Counted from the stretch's first letter, positions 32,611 through 42,166 are shown. The stretch is DNA of 64,000 nt from Candidatus Tepidifontimicrobium thermophilum (GCA_031459915.1 JAVKHO010000013.1:24104-88103); one strand, 5' to 3'. Made by a program: numbers and translations. Notes: generated by a model from the sequence alone, not told the origin.

Positions 32611-32717
32611 ACGCGGAGGCAGCCCCAACCACGCGAGCGGGGTCGCTGACATGGGTGAACGGCGCGGGCGCCCGCACCCTCTGCTAAAATGCCCGCAGAA
32701 CGCGTCAAGGAGGCGTC

Positions 32718-33731
32718 ATGGACCTGTACGACATCACCATCATCGGTGCAGGCCCCACCGGGTTGTTCGCGGCTTACTACGCGGGGTTCCGGGCCCTGCG
32801 GACGAAGATCATCGACAGCCAGTCCGACCTGGGTGGTCAGGTCACCGCCCTGTACCCCGACAAGTACATCTACGACGTGGCGGGATTCCCCAAGATCCTC
32901 GGCAAGGACCTCATCCGCAACCAGATCGAGCAGGCCATGCAGTACAACCCCACGGTCGTCCTCAACGAGCGGGTGGAGGTCCTGGAACGGCTGCCCGACG
33001 GCCACTACCGCCTGGTCACCCACACGGGCCAGGAGCACTTCACCCGGGTCGTGCTGATCGCCGCGGGGATCGGTGCGTTCACCCCCAAGAAGTACAACCG
33101 CCCCGAGCTGGACCGGTACGAGGGGCGGGGCCTGTTCTTCTCGGTCCGCAACCGGGACGACTTCCGGGGCCGGCGGGTGCTGGTGGTGGGAGGCGGGGAC
33201 AGCGCCCTGGACTGGGCCCTGAACCTGCTGCCCATCACGCGGGAGCTCACCCTGATCCACCGGCGGGACCAGTTCCGCGCCCACGAGGACTCCGTGCGCA
33301 AGCTTATGAGCTCGGAGGCCAGGGTCAAGCTCTTCTACGAGCTGAAGGCCCTGGAGGGGGACGAGCGGGTGGAGCGCGCGGTCATCTTCAACAACCGGAC
33401 CAAAGAGGAGGAGGTCCTGGAGGTGGACGCGGTCCTGGCCTTCCTCGGGCTGGTGAGCAACCTGGGGCCCATCCGGGAGTGGGGGCTCCAGATCGAGGAC
33501 GACTCCATCGTGGTGAACACGAAGATGGAGACGAACCTGCCCGGCGTGTACGCGGCCGGCGACATCACCACGTACCCCGGGAAGCTCAAGCTCATCGCCA
33601 CCGCGTACGGGGAGGCAGCCACCGCGGTCAACAACGCCTACACGTACCTGAACCCGGGCGCCAAGGCCTTCCCCGGACACTCCAGTGCCATCATGGAGAA
33701 GAAGGAACGGGAGGCAGCCCGGGCCGGCTGA
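32718..33731 (+). CDS. Ferredoxin-NADP+ reductase (YumC/TrxB-fold)
   Basis: GAGPTGL, LYPDKYIYDVAGFP, GGGDSALDWA, HRRDQFRAH, PGKLKLIA, GHSS; no CxxC. Extended -10 TGCTAAAAT at 32682-32690. Confidence 0.9.
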   Translation: MDLYDITIIGAGPTGLFAAYYAGFRALRTKIIDSQSDLGGQVTALYPDKYIYDVAGFPKILGKDLIRNQIEQAMQYNPTVVLNERVEVLERLPDGHYRLVTHTGQEHFTRVVLIAAGIGAFTPKKYNRPELDRYEGRGLFFSVRNRDDFRGRRVLVVGGGDSALDWALNLLPITRELTLIHRRDQFRAHEDSVRKLMSSEARVKLFYELKALEGDERVERAVIFNNRTKEEEVLEVDAVLAFLGLVSNLGPIREWGLQIEDDSIVVNTKMETNLPGVYAAGDITTYPGKLKLIATAYGEAATAVNNAYTYLNPGAKAFPGHSSAIMEKKEREAARAG

Positions 33732-33755
33732 AATTCCCTACCGGACCGGCCGGGG

Positions 33756-34421
33756 TCAGTCGCCGCCCCGGACGGCGGCCACCGGTTCCATCCTAAGAGT
33801 GCGCTTGGCCACCCACGCCAGCCAGCCGCCCACGGTCCACCGGGCGGGCTTCCGGGCCAGGTTGCGGAAGCCCACGGACAGGGCGTCCGCCACCGCCTGC
33901 TGCACGGCCTCCGGGGTGACGGGCCGGCCCAGCCGCAGGAGCTCGCGCTCCACCGCCCGTCGCAGGGCCGGCAGGTCCTCGTCCGCCAGCCGGTCGAAGG
34001 CCTCCCGGTCACCGGCCAGGGCCCGGTCCAGCAGCTCCCGTTCCTCCAGGAGCGTCCGCTGGTAAGCCTCCACCGCTTCCTCGGGCAGCGAGGCACGACG
34101 GCGCTCGTGGGCGTGCTCCCGCCTGAGCTGGGCCTTGTACCGGGACAGCTGCTGCTCCAGGTCGTCGAAGGCGGCCCGGATCCAGCCCTCCGGGGTCGCG
34201 GACCGGTTGCGCCGGGCGTACAGCACCCGCCCGGGAAGGTACAGCCGGGCGCTGCCGGTGTACTCCTCCTTCCGGGCGGCCCGCTCCACCTGGACCTGCA
34301 GGTGCACGAGATCCGCCCGGAAGTGACGCAGGCGGCGCTGTAGCCGCGCCAGGGAGCGGTCCAAGACCTCGCGGGCGTACTCACCCAGCTCGAACCGCCG
34401 TGTGGTCACGTGCACTTCCAT
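33756..34421 (-). CDS. HPF/RaiA (S30AE)-like domain fused to an ECF sigma region-2-like segment
   Basis: N-term MEVHVTTRRFEL...ARLYLPGRVLYA...AAFDDLEQQLSRYK; C-term LLDRALAGDREAFDRL...GWLAWVAKR; ATG 34421 after GGAGGAG. Confidence 0.65.
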   Translation of the reverse strand: MEVHVTTRRFELGEYAREVLDRSLARLQRRLRHFRADLVHLQVQVERAARKEEYTGSARLYLPGRVLYARRNRSATPEGWIRAAFDDLEQQLSRYKAQLRREHAHERRRASLPEEAVEAYQRTLLEERELLDRALAGDREAFDRLADEDLPALRRAVERELLRLGRPVTPEAVQQAVADALSVGFRNLARKPARWTVGGWLAWVAKRTLRMEPVAAVRGGD

Positions 34422-34879
34422 GCCGTCTCCTCCCCACTGAGTTCCTGCCAGGCCGGTTCCACCCCACACGTGCCGCACTCCGGCTCCTGCACCCCCACCC
34501 ACCGCACCGCTGCGTCCACCTGCTCCCAGTCCGGCTCCCCGGGGTGCGCCAGAACCCAGCCGGCGGCCACTTCCCCGCGACGGTCCAGCACCAGCACCAC
34601 CGCGTCCGCCTCCGGGCCGTACTGCCGGCGGGTGCGTCCCGTAGGGTCCCGCACCTGGGGGAACGGCGCCTCCAACCCTGCTTCCTCCTCGCGGACTCCC
34701 AGCGCCTCCACGCCCCAGGAGGACCACGCTCCGGCCCGCCGGCCCGCCGCCCGGGCCAGCTGGCGGCAGCTGAGGCAACCCGGACCGTGCAGGACCAGCA
34801 CCACGTGCGCGTGCAGACGCCAACTCGGTAACGTCTGTCCCTGGCCGCCGTCCTCCACCCATACCGTCGCGGGTCTCAC
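34406..34879 (-). CDS. Thioredoxin-fold / redoxin-like protein
   Basis: VVLVLHGPGCLSC, FPQVRDP.G...RQYG, VLVLDRRGEV, C-terminal PECGTC; GTGA overlap with the lipA stop. Confidence 0.6.
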   Translation of the reverse strand: MRPATVWVEDGGQGQTLPSWRLHAHVVLVLHGPGCLSCRQLARAAGRRAGAWSSWGVEALGVREEEAGLEAPFPQVRDPTGRTRRQYGPEADAVVLVLDRRGEVAAGWVLAHPGEPDWEQVDAAVRWVGVQEPECGTCGVEPAWQELSGEETAWKCT

Positions 34880-35751
34880 CGTACCGCCGCCCTCTGGACC
34901 TGTTCGTCCGCGTGGTAGCTGCTGCGCACCAAGGGCCCGGACTCCACGTGGCGGAACCCCATCGCCAGGCCCAGCCGTTTGATCTCCGCGAACTCCTCCG
35001 GGTGCCAGTACCGGTGCACGGGCTCGTAGCCCGGGCCTGGGCTCAGGTACTGCCCCACGGTCACGATGTCGCAGCCCACGGACCGCAGGTCCCGGAGGGT
35101 GTCCACCACCTGGTCGAAGGTCTCGCCCAGGCCCACCATGAGGCCGCTCTTGGTCAGGCACGGGTATCCCCACCGCTTCACCCGCGCCAGCAGCTCCAGG
35201 GATCGGTCGTAGTTGCCCCCGCTGCGTACCCTCTTGAACACAGGCCGTACCGTCTCGATGTTGTGGTTGAGGATGTCGGGGCCGGCGTCCAGCACCGTCC
35301 GGAGCGCTTCCGGGTCGCCCTTGAAGTCCGGGATGAGGACCTCCACGGTGCAGTCGGGCTGGAGCTGGCGGATCCGGCGGATGGTCTGGGCGAACACCGC
35401 GGCCCCACCGTCCCGGAGGTCGTCCCGGTCCACGGAGGTCACCACCGCGTGGCGCAGCCCCATGGCCGCCACCGCCCGCGCCACCCGCTCCGGCTCCCTC
35501 CAGTCCACCTCCGTGGGCAGCCCGTGGGCGATGGCGCAGTACGAGCAGTTCCGCGTGCAGACGTTCCCCAGGATGAGGAAGGTGGCGGTCCGCCGCTCCC
35601 AGCAGTCCCCGATGTTCGGGCAGCGCGCTTCCTCGCACACCGTGTGCAGCCGCTGGGAGCGCATGATGGCCACCAGCTCGCGGTAGTTGGGGCCGGAGGG
35701 CAGGCGGGCCTTCAGCCACGGCGGGCGCTGCGGGACAGGCGCGATAGCCAA
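34876..35751 (-). CDS. lipA: Lipoyl synthase
   Basis: CEEARCPNIGDC, CTRNCSYC, NHNIETV, GPLVRSSYHA. Confidence 0.97.
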   Translation of the reverse strand: MAIAPVPQRPPWLKARLPSGPNYRELVAIMRSQRLHTVCEEARCPNIGDCWERRTATFLILGNVCTRNCSYCAIAHGLPTEVDWREPERVARAVAAMGLRHAVVTSVDRDDLRDGGAAVFAQTIRRIRQLQPDCTVEVLIPDFKGDPEALRTVLDAGPDILNHNIETVRPVFKRVRSGGNYDRSLELLARVKRWGYPCLTKSGLMVGLGETFDQVVDTLRDLRSVGCDIVTVGQYLSPGPGYEPVHRYWHPEEFAEIKRLGLAMGFRHVESGPLVRSSYHADEQVQRAAVR

Positions 35752-35770
35752 GACAGGACCTCCTCTGCAT

Positions 35771-36946
35771 TCAGCGCGTCACAGGGTCTACAGCTTCCAG
35801 GCTGGCTTTCACGTGGTTGAGGAACTGCACCGCCACCGCGCCGTCGAACACCCTGTGGTCGAAGGACAGCCCCAGGTGCATAACCGAACGGATGGCGATG
35901 GCGTCGTCGCGGACCACCGGCCGCTTCACGATGGCGTCCGTGGCCAGGATGGCGGCCTGCGGGTAGTTCACGATGGGGAGCGACCACACGGACCCGAACA
36001 CCCCGGGGTTGGTGAGGGTGAAGGTCCCGCCCTGCACGTCCTCCAGGGTCAGCTTCCCCTCCCGCGCGCGACGGGTGAGGTCTTCCAGCTCCCGGGCGAG
36101 GCCCACCAGACTCTTCTCCTCCGCCCGGTGGACCACCGGCACCACCAGCCCGTCCTCCACGGACACCGCGATGCCGAGGTTCACGTGGGGCTTGAAGACG
36201 ATGGCGTCGTCCGCCCACTGCGCGTTCACCACGGGGAACGCCCGCAGGGCCTCCACCGCCGCGCGGGCGAACAGCGCGGTGTAGGTGAGCCGGACCCCGT
36301 GCTGCTGCTGGAAGGCCTCCCGGTGGGCGTCGAACCACCGGACCAGGTCGGTGACGTCCGCCTCCACCACCCCGTACGCGTGCGGGACCTCCCGCTTGGC
36401 CCGGCTCAGGCGCTCCGCGATGGTCCGCCGCACGGGCGACAGCGGCACCCGGCGCTCCTCCGCCACCGGCGCGGCGGGGGCGGCGGGAGGCGGGACGGGC
36501 TGAGCGGCCGCCTGCTGCTTGCGGCGCTCCACGTAGCTCAGGACGTCCTGCTTCGTGATCCGGCCGCCCGTGCCCGTGCCGCGGATCTGCGCCAGTTCGT
36601 CCGGGGTGATCCCGTGCTCCTGCACCAACCGGCTCACCAGGGGCGAAAGCCGCCCCGCGGCGGGGGCCTCCCCCCGCGCGGGTGCCTCTGGTTGGGCCTG
36701 CGCGGGCGCTTCCTCCTCCACCCGCGCGATGACCGAGCCCACGGGCAGCGTCTGCCCCTCCTGCGCCACGATCTCCACCAGCCGGCCGGCCACCGGCGAG
36801 GGCATCTCCACGTTCACCTTGTCCGTGATGAGCTCCACCAGCGGCTCGAAGCGCTCCACCCGGTCACCCGGTGACTTCAGCCAGCGGCCGATGGTGGCCT
36901 CGTAGGTGCTCTCCCCCAGCTGCGGAAGGCGGACGTCCGTGGCCAT
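35771..36946 (-). CDS. 2-oxoacid dehydrogenase E2 (dihydrolipoamide acyltransferase)
   Basis: Lipoyl domain TDKVNVEMPSP, E3-binding GTGTGGRITKQD, catalytic SFDHRVFDG. Confidence 0.93.
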   Translation of the reverse strand: MATDVRLPQLGESTYEATIGRWLKSPGDRVERFEPLVELITDKVNVEMPSPVAGRLVEIVAQEGQTLPVGSVIARVEEEAPAQAQPEAPARGEAPAAGRLSPLVSRLVQEHGITPDELAQIRGTGTGGRITKQDVLSYVERRKQQAAAQPVPPPAAPAAPVAEERRVPLSPVRRTIAERLSRAKREVPHAYGVVEADVTDLVRWFDAHREAFQQQHGVRLTYTALFARAAVEALRAFPVVNAQWADDAIVFKPHVNLGIAVSVEDGLVVPVVHRAEEKSLVGLARELEDLTRRAREGKLTLEDVQGGTFTLTNPGVFGSVWSLPIVNYPQAAILATDAIVKRPVVRDDAIAIRSVMHLGLSFDHRVFDGAVAVQFLNHVKASLEAVDPVTR

Positions 36947-36953
36947 ACGCACC

Positions 36954-37937
36954 TCAGTAGTGCGCCAGCTTGCGCACCGCGGCCAGGATCTTCTCCTGGT
37001 TGATCCAGTACCACTGTTCCAGGGGACGGGCGAAGGGGATCCCGGGCACGTCCGGGCCCGCCAGGCGCATCACCGGCCCGTCCAGATCCTCGAAGGCCTC
37101 CTCCGCAATCAGGGCCGCGATCTCGGCCCCGAACCCGCCGAAGCGGTTGTCCTCGTACACCACCAGAGCCTTGTTGGTCTTGGCCACGCTGCGCAGGATC
37201 GTGTCCTTGTCCAGGGGCCGCAGGCAGCGGACGTCCACCACCTCCACCTCGATGCCCTCCCGGGAGGCTGCCTCTGCGGCCTGCAGGGCCTCGTGCAGGG
37301 TCCAGCCGTAAGTGAACAGGGACAGGTCCCGCCCCTCCCGCCGGACCGCCGCGGGGCCGAGCGGCACCGTGTAGTCGCCGTCCGGAACGTCCCCGCGCAC
37401 CAGGCGGTACATCCGCTTGTGCTCCAGGAACAGGACGGGGTCCGGGTCGCGCACGGCCGCCTTCAGCATCCCCTTGGCGTCGTAGGCCGTGCTGGGCGCC
37501 ACCACCTTGAGGCCCGGCACGTGGGCGTAGAAAGCCTCCACACACTGGGAGTGGTACAGGGCCGTGCCGTGGGCCCCGCCGTAGGGCACACGGATCACCA
37601 GGGGGACTCCGAAGGCCCCGTTGGACCGGTACCGCATGCGGGCCGCCTCGCTCACAATCTGGTCGAAGGCGGGGTGGATGAAGTCTGCGAACTGGATCTC
37701 CGCGATGGGCACCAGCCCGTGGCACGCCATCCCGATGGCGCAGCCCACGATGGACGACTCCGCCAGGGGCGTGTCGATCACGCGGTCCTCGCCGAACCGC
37801 TCGAACAGCCCCTGGGTCACCCCGAACACCCCGCCCTTGCGGCCCACGTCCTCGCCCAGCACCACCACCCGCTCGTCCCGTTCCATCTCCTCGTGGTGGG
37901 CGCGGTTTAAGGCGTCCACGTACCGCAGCTCCGCCAC
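36954..37937 (-). CDS. 2-oxoacid dehydrogenase E1 beta (probably branched-chain)
   Basis: GEDVGRKGGVF, DTPLAES, EIQFADF, LYHSQ, FLEHK. Confidence 0.93.
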   Translation of the reverse strand: MAELRYVDALNRAHHEEMERDERVVVLGEDVGRKGGVFGVTQGLFERFGEDRVIDTPLAESSIVGCAIGMACHGLVPIAEIQFADFIHPAFDQIVSEAARMRYRSNGAFGVPLVIRVPYGGAHGTALYHSQCVEAFYAHVPGLKVVAPSTAYDAKGMLKAAVRDPDPVLFLEHKRMYRLVRGDVPDGDYTVPLGPAAVRREGRDLSLFTYGWTLHEALQAAEAASREGIEVEVVDVRCLRPLDKDTILRSVAKTNKALVVYEDNRFGGFGAEIAALIAEEAFEDLDGPVMRLAGPDVPGIPFARPLEQWYWINQEKILAAVRKLAHY

Positions 37938-37973
37938 AGTCCCCCTCCTCCCGGCTTCCGTCGCGCCCGTCCC

Positions 37974-39029
37974 CTAGGGGCCCGTCCACCACACGGGGTC
38001 CGTGGGGCGGTCCGGGTCGGGGTCGTAGTACACGTGTCGCGCCGCGGTGGCCGGGTCCGGGTCCGGTGCCCGCTCGGCCTCGTCCGTGGCCGCGTCCACC
38101 TCCCGCCGCACGCGATCCCGCAACGCCCGCTCCCGCTCCTCGTCCCACAAGCCCACGGACTCCAGGTACTCCCGGAATGCGGGGATGGGGTCCCGCTGGC
38201 GGGCCGCCTCGATCTCCTCCCGCGGCCGGTAGCGTTCCTGCTGGTCGTCGCTGCTGTGGGACCCCAGCCGCTCCACGCGGAACTCGAGAAGGGTCGGTCC
38301 CTCGCCGCGCTTGGCACGGTCGTACGCTTCCTTGGCAGCCCGGTAACACTCCAGGACGTCCGAGCCGTCCACGCTGACGCCCGGCATGCCGTAGCCCTGC
38401 GCCCGCACGGCCACGCTGGGGACCGCCATCTGTTTGTGCAGGGGCACGGAGATGGCGTACCGGTTGTTCTCCACCGCGAACAGGCAGGGCACCTTGTGGA
38501 TGGCGGCGAAGTTCAGCGCCTCGTGCCAGTCCCCCTGGCTGGTGCCACCGTCCCCGATGGTCACCAGGACCACCTCGCCCGTCCGCCGGACCTTCGCGGC
38601 GTAGGCCAGGCCCGCGGCGTGCGGGTACTGGGTGCCCACGGGACTGCTGGTGGACAGGATCCTGTACTTGACGTGGGCGTAGTGCCCCGGCATCTGCCGG
38701 CCGCCGCTGCTGGGGTCTGTGGCCTTCGCCAGCACCGCCAGCAGGATCTCGGTAGGGGTCATGCCTTTCACCAGCACCGCCGCCACGGACCGGTAGTAGG
38801 GGACGAACCAGTCCCGCTCGCGGTCCAGGGGCCACATCATACCGACCTGCGCGCCCTCGTGCCCGGGCCCTGAGATCACGAACATCGCCTTGCCGGCCCG
38901 CTGCAGCTGCCACATGCGCTCGTCCAGCGTCCGGGCCAGGACCATGTAGTAGTACATCTGGAGCACGTCCTGGTCGGACAGGCCCAGCTCTGCGTGCCGG
39001 GCCTCCGCCCGCACTTCCCTGGCGCTCAT
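37974..39029 (-). CDS. 2-oxoacid dehydrogenase E1 alpha (probably branched-chain)
   Basis: PYYRS, SGGRQMPGH, SSPVGTQ, GDGGTSQGDWHE, ENNRYAIS, HSSDD; lpd-E1a-E1b-E2 order matches the Bacillus bkd operon. Confidence 0.93.
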   Translation of the reverse strand: MSAREVRAEARHAELGLSDQDVLQMYYYMVLARTLDERMWQLQRAGKAMFVISGPGHEGAQVGMMWPLDRERDWFVPYYRSVAAVLVKGMTPTEILLAVLAKATDPSSGGRQMPGHYAHVKYRILSTSSPVGTQYPHAAGLAYAAKVRRTGEVVLVTIGDGGTSQGDWHEALNFAAIHKVPCLFAVENNRYAISVPLHKQMAVPSVAVRAQGYGMPGVSVDGSDVLECYRAAKEAYDRAKRGEGPTLLEFRVERLGSHSSDDQQERYRPREEIEAARQRDPIPAFREYLESVGLWDEERERALRDRVRREVDAATDEAERAPDPDPATAARHVYYDPDPDRPTDPVWWTGP

Positions 39030-39047
39030 CCCGCTCCCTCCCCCGTG

Positions 39048-40448
39048 CTACAGGTGCACCACCCGGCCCAGGGCGTCCAGGGCGGCCTCGTGGATCGCCT
39101 CCGCCAGGGTCGGGTGCGCGTGGACCGCCGCCGCCACCTCGTGGATGGTGGCTTCGACGCTCTTGCCTAGGATCCCCTCCGGCACCAGTTCGGTCACCCG
39201 AGGTCCCACCATGTGCATCCCGAGGATCTCCCCGTGCCGGGCGTCCGTGACGACCTTCACGAAACCCTCCCGCTCCCCCAGGATCAGGGCCTTGCTGTTG
39301 GCGGAGAACGGGAAACGTCCCACCCGCACCTCGTACCCCCGCTCCCTTGCCTGGACCTCCGTGAGGCCGAAGGACGCCACTTCCGGGCTGCAGTACGTGC
39401 AGCGGGGGACGGCGTCGTAGTCCAGGGGAGCTACCGCGTGGCCGGCCATGTCCTCCACCGCCCGCACCGCCTCCTCCGAGGCCACGTGGGCCAGCATGGG
39501 CTGTGCGTGGATCACGTCCCCGATGGCCCAGATGCCGGGCGCGGTGGTGCGGTACACCCCCTGGGTTCGGACGAACCCCTGCCCGTCTACCTCCACGCCC
39601 ACCTCCTCCAGACCGAGGCCGTCCGTGACGGGGCCGCGGCCCACCGCCACCAGGAGACGGTCTGCCTCCACCCCCTCCACCTTCCCGTCCCTCTCCACGG
39701 ACAGCTGCAGCCCGGTGGGTGTGCGCTCCACGGACTTGAGGCTGGCGGACGTGAGCACCCGGATCCCGCGACGGGCGAAGGCCTTCTCCACCGCGGCGCT
39801 TACCTCCTCGTCCTCCGCGGGCAGCGCCCGGGGGAGGATCTCGATCACCGTCACCTGGCTCCCCAGGCTGGCGAAGGCGCTGGCGAACTCCACGCCGATG
39901 ACTCCGGCTCCCAGTACCGCCAGCTTCCCCGGGACCTCCTGCAGGGAGACCAGGTGGTCGCTGCTAAAGACCCGTTCGCCGTCCAAGGCCAGCCACGGCA
40001 GGCTGCGGGGCCGGGAGCCGGTGGCGATCAGGACGTGGCGGGCCCGCAGCTCTGTCTCCGACCCGTCGTTCAGGCTCACGTGCACCCGGTCCCGGGCCAC
40101 CAGCCGCGCGGTGCCCGCGAAGGTGGCGATGCCGTTCTTCCGCATGAGGTACTCCACGCCCCGGTGCAGGGTACTCACCGTCCGCTCCCGGTAGCGGTGC
40201 ACCGCGCTCAGGTCCACGGACACCGACTCCACCCGCACGCCCACCTGGGGGGCGTGTCGGGCCAGCTCTGCCACCTCCGCCACCTGCAACAGGGCCTTGG
40301 TGGGGATACAGCCGTAGTGCAGGCACGTGCCGCCCAGCTTATCCCGCTCCACGATGGCGGTCCGCATCCCCAACTGCGCCGCCCGGATGGCCCCCACATA
40401 GCCCCCCGGTCCCGCTCCGATCACCACGAGGTCGTAAGTGTCCTGCAC
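39048..40448 (-). CDS. lpdA: Dihydrolipoyl dehydrogenase (E3)
   Basis: GAGPGGY, GGTCLHYGCIPTK, HAHPTLAE. Confidence 0.96.
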   Translation of the reverse strand: MQDTYDLVVIGAGPGGYVGAIRAAQLGMRTAIVERDKLGGTCLHYGCIPTKALLQVAEVAELARHAPQVGVRVESVSVDLSAVHRYRERTVSTLHRGVEYLMRKNGIATFAGTARLVARDRVHVSLNDGSETELRARHVLIATGSRPRSLPWLALDGERVFSSDHLVSLQEVPGKLAVLGAGVIGVEFASAFASLGSQVTVIEILPRALPAEDEEVSAAVEKAFARRGIRVLTSASLKSVERTPTGLQLSVERDGKVEGVEADRLLVAVGRGPVTDGLGLEEVGVEVDGQGFVRTQGVYRTTAPGIWAIGDVIHAQPMLAHVASEEAVRAVEDMAGHAVAPLDYDAVPRCTYCSPEVASFGLTEVQARERGYEVRVGRFPFSANSKALILGEREGFVKVVTDARHGEILGMHMVGPRVTELVPEGILGKSVEATIHEVAAAVHAHPTLAEAIHEAALDALGRVVHL

Positions 40449-40568
40449 GGGCTCCTCCTACCGCGGCGTGGTCCGAGCTCCCTTACATGATACGGCCCCG
40501 CGCCGTAGGTGCCCCCCCGGGACGCGGGGCCTGGGTGGCGGCCGGGGTCCGCAGTCCGACCGACCGGC

Positions 40569-41183
40569 TCAGCGCGCCTGCTGGCGCACGACCTCCGCGA
40601 TGTGGCCGTAGAAGGCGTTCACGCCGGTGAACAGTGCCGCCAACGCCATCACGGCGAGGACCACCACGCCCAGGTACGCGAGGTTCCGCCGGCCCTCGCT
40701 CTGGCTGTACGCGAAGGGCAGCATTCCCACGCTCGCGATCCCGGCGGCCAACCACAGGACGAACGTGACGGGCGGGTTGCGCGTCAGCTTGAAGTCCAGG
40801 ACCGCCCGTGCGCCCTGGAGCAAAAACAGCCCCAGCAGGGCCGCGGGCCACGCTAGCATCCGCAGGTCAAGCCCCGTGTACAGGTAGAAACCGGCCATGA
40901 CCAACATCAGGGAGAACAACCCGGTGCTGGTGCCGAACAGCTCGGAGTAGTGGCCGACCGGGAACCCTGCCCAGTCTGACCAGATGAGCTGCACGAAGCC
41001 TCCCAGGGAGAACAGTCCCAGGGCGAAGAACAGCGCTCCGAAGGACCTGCGGAGGTCCGCGGTCTCCTTGCCCGTAGCGACGTAGTACAGGTAAACGGCG
41101 CCGGCAATCCCCGCGGCGGTGACCAGCGCGAGGATCAGGACGAGGGGGTTGTGCGAGCTGACCGCCTGCCTCACCGACGTCAC
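40569..41183 (-). CDS. DUF981-like membrane protein
   Basis: About 6 hydrophobic segments; W...P.GHYSELFG and C-terminal AFYGH resemble DUF981 as recalled. Confidence 0.55.
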   Translation of the reverse strand: MTSVRQAVSSHNPLVLILALVTAAGIAGAVYLYYVATGKETADLRRSFGALFFALGLFSLGGFVQLIWSDWAGFPVGHYSELFGTSTGLFSLMLVMAGFYLYTGLDLRMLAWPAALLGLFLLQGARAVLDFKLTRNPPVTFVLWLAAGIASVGMLPFAYSQSEGRRNLAYLGVVVLAVMALAALFTGVNAFYGHIAEVVRQQAR

Positions 41184-41386
41184 CCCCTTTCAGCTCCGTA
41201 GCGTCGGAGGCGCCTGCGACGCGAGTGCTTCGCGCGACGTTCCCTCCGTCACCAGTATACGGCTTCCCGCGCCTTCCCCGGCCCCACCCGCCCGCGGGCC
41301 GAGGTTTCGGGCCGTTCTGGTCCTTCCACGCTGCCTTCCCCCAAGCGGCAGCCACGCACGGGGAGGCCCCGTGCCAGTGAAACGCT

Positions 41387-41788
41387 TCACCCTCCCGCGT
41401 CCGGCGCCCGGCTGTGCGCGAACAGCCGGATGATCTGCTGCTCCACCACCTGCGTCATCCCCTGTTCGAAACGCGCTGCCTCCCGCTCTGCGGTCTGGGG
41501 GTCCAGACCCAGTACGTCCTGCAGGAACCGCTGACACAGGCGGTAGCGCCGCTCCTTGCCGAAGGCCAGGCGGCTGCCTTCGGGCGTGAGCCGCACGCCT
41601 TCTTCTCGGGAGTAGGTGACCAGCCCCGCACGCTGCAGGCGCTCCACCATCTCGTGGACGGAGGCCACCGAAACCTCGAGTCGGCGGGCCAGGGCGGTCA
41701 GGGTGACCCGCCCCTGGGCGCGCAGGTGGAGGACCGCCCGCAGGTAGTCTTCCGTCCTGGAGGAGTTCACGAGGTGCGGCTTCCGCAT
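41387..41788 (-). CDS. DtxR/MntR-family transcriptional regulator (metal ligands degenerate)
   Basis: EDYLRAV, LARRLEVSVASVHEMVERL...GLV, LTPEG, RFLQDVLG...EA..FE. Confidence 0.8.
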   Translation of the reverse strand: MRKPHLVNSSRTEDYLRAVLHLRAQGRVTLTALARRLEVSVASVHEMVERLQRAGLVTYSREEGVRLTPEGSRLAFGKERRYRLCQRFLQDVLGLDPQTAEREAARFEQGMTQVVEQQIIRLFAHSRAPDAGG

Positions 41789-42144
41789 TCCGAGCACGTC
41801 CCCTTCAGCTCCAGGTGGATCTGGCTCACCGCGAACCCCTCCGGCAGAGCCCGCCTCAGGGCCTCTGCCGCCACGGGCTCCGGGAGGTCGTAGACGCGGC
41901 TGCACCGCTCGCACACGAAGTGGGGGTGGGGGGACGTGACCGCGTCGTAGCGCCGCCCCTCCGCGGTCACGATCTCCCGGACCAGCCCCGCCTCCTTGAG
42001 CCACCTCAGGTTGCGGTAGATGGAGCCCAGGCTGACCCCCGGAAGGACCCTGCGGACTTCCACCAGCACCTCTTCTGCGCTGGGGTGGCTCCGCGTGGCC
42101 GCTAGGACGGCGAGGATCTGCTGGCGTTGCCGGGTCAGCCTCAT
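41767..42144 (-). CDS. Fur-family regulator, PerR-like
   Basis: LTRQR, HPSAEEV, SIYRNL, RYD...HPHFVCERC..VYD, GTCSEC. Confidence 0.9.
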   Translation of the reverse strand: MRLTRQRQQILAVLAATRSHPSAEEVLVEVRRVLPGVSLGSIYRNLRWLKEAGLVREIVTAEGRRYDAVTSPHPHFVCERCSRVYDLPEPVAAEALRRALPEGFAVSQIHLELKGTCSECGSRTS

Positions 42145-42147
42145 AGC

Positions 42148-42166
42148 AATGAGAACCATTCGCATT
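42148..42166. promoter_or_regulatory. Fur-box-like palindrome immediately upstream of the fur/perR start
   Basis: AATGAGAAccaTTCGCATT, 7-1-7 core TGAGAAC-C-ATTCGCA; overlaps an extended -10 TGATAAAAT on the minus strand. Confidence 0.7.
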
